DNA of 17,512 bases from Calditrichaceae bacterium (GTDB lineage Bacteria > Calditrichota > Calditrichia > Calditrichales > JBFXGD01). The notes below the pieces were generated by a model that did not search any database, had not been told where the DNA came from, and saw only the letters and a program-made list of their open reading frames with translations. How positions within the stretch are numbered: position 1 is the first letter of the stretch; each line of letters starts with the position of its first letter. Position numbers and translations under genes: made by a program. Positions 17,372 through 17,512 of the stretch are shown one piece after another. The stretch covers positions 27,321 through 44,832 of the forward strand of contig JBFXGD010000010.1 of the NCBI GenBank assembly GCA_050178385.1. Reading direction: 5' to 3'.

Positions 17372-17512
17372 ATGGAAAGTTTTGCGGGTATGACCATTTT
17401 GTATCTAATCAGGGTAAGCACTGTTACGTTAAGCCAGATTTTTATCCTGCTGGGACCCGTTCTGATTTTATCATTAATTATGTATTATATATCGGATGTA
17501 CTTGAAAAAAAG
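17372..17512 (+). CDS. 5' part of a hypothetical membrane protein (runs off the window)
   Basis: AAGGA RBS and ATG 17372. Open for 47 codons to the edge: MESFAGMTILYLIRVSTVTLSQIFILLGPVLILSLIMYYISDVLEKK, including a hydrophobic helix. Not in the ORF track. Confidence 0.65.
   Translation, partial: MESFAGMTILYLIRVSTVTLSQIFILLGPVLILSLIMYYISDVLEKK

Noticed and set aside
17293..17505. 70-aa ORF as listed
   Set aside because: It overlaps the lipoprotein end and lacks an RBS. The alternative frame from 17372 is better supported.

Overview
Bacterial genomic window with mostly housekeeping and stress/detoxification genes. AGGAG-type RBSs and the gene families suggest, by inference only, an FCB-group lineage such as Calditrichota/KSB1. 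Gene order: GNAT acetyltransferase (-), prokaryotic cation-chloride cotransporter homolog (-), arsM, multi-TM HAMP-PP2C phosphatase, SugE/Gdx SMR exporter, dienelactone hydrolase (-), panE, PqqL-like M16 lipoprotein protease, two-domain VOC protein, DUF1835 protein, VOC protein, a hypothetical lipoprotein, and a truncated membrane-protein ORF at the right edge. The most unusual content is non-coding. Two intergenic regions of about 600-700 bp (3580-4190 and 14231-14940) are modular mosaics of the same parts in opposite orientation and different order: heptamer arrays, a recurring 44-66 bp unit with a small hairpin, a shared 167-bp core (160/167 identical plus one 8-nt indel) and several REP-like hairpin families. 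They bracket a 10.8-kb block of 7 genes. No transposase, integrase, CRISPR array, tRNA or rRNA was recognised.
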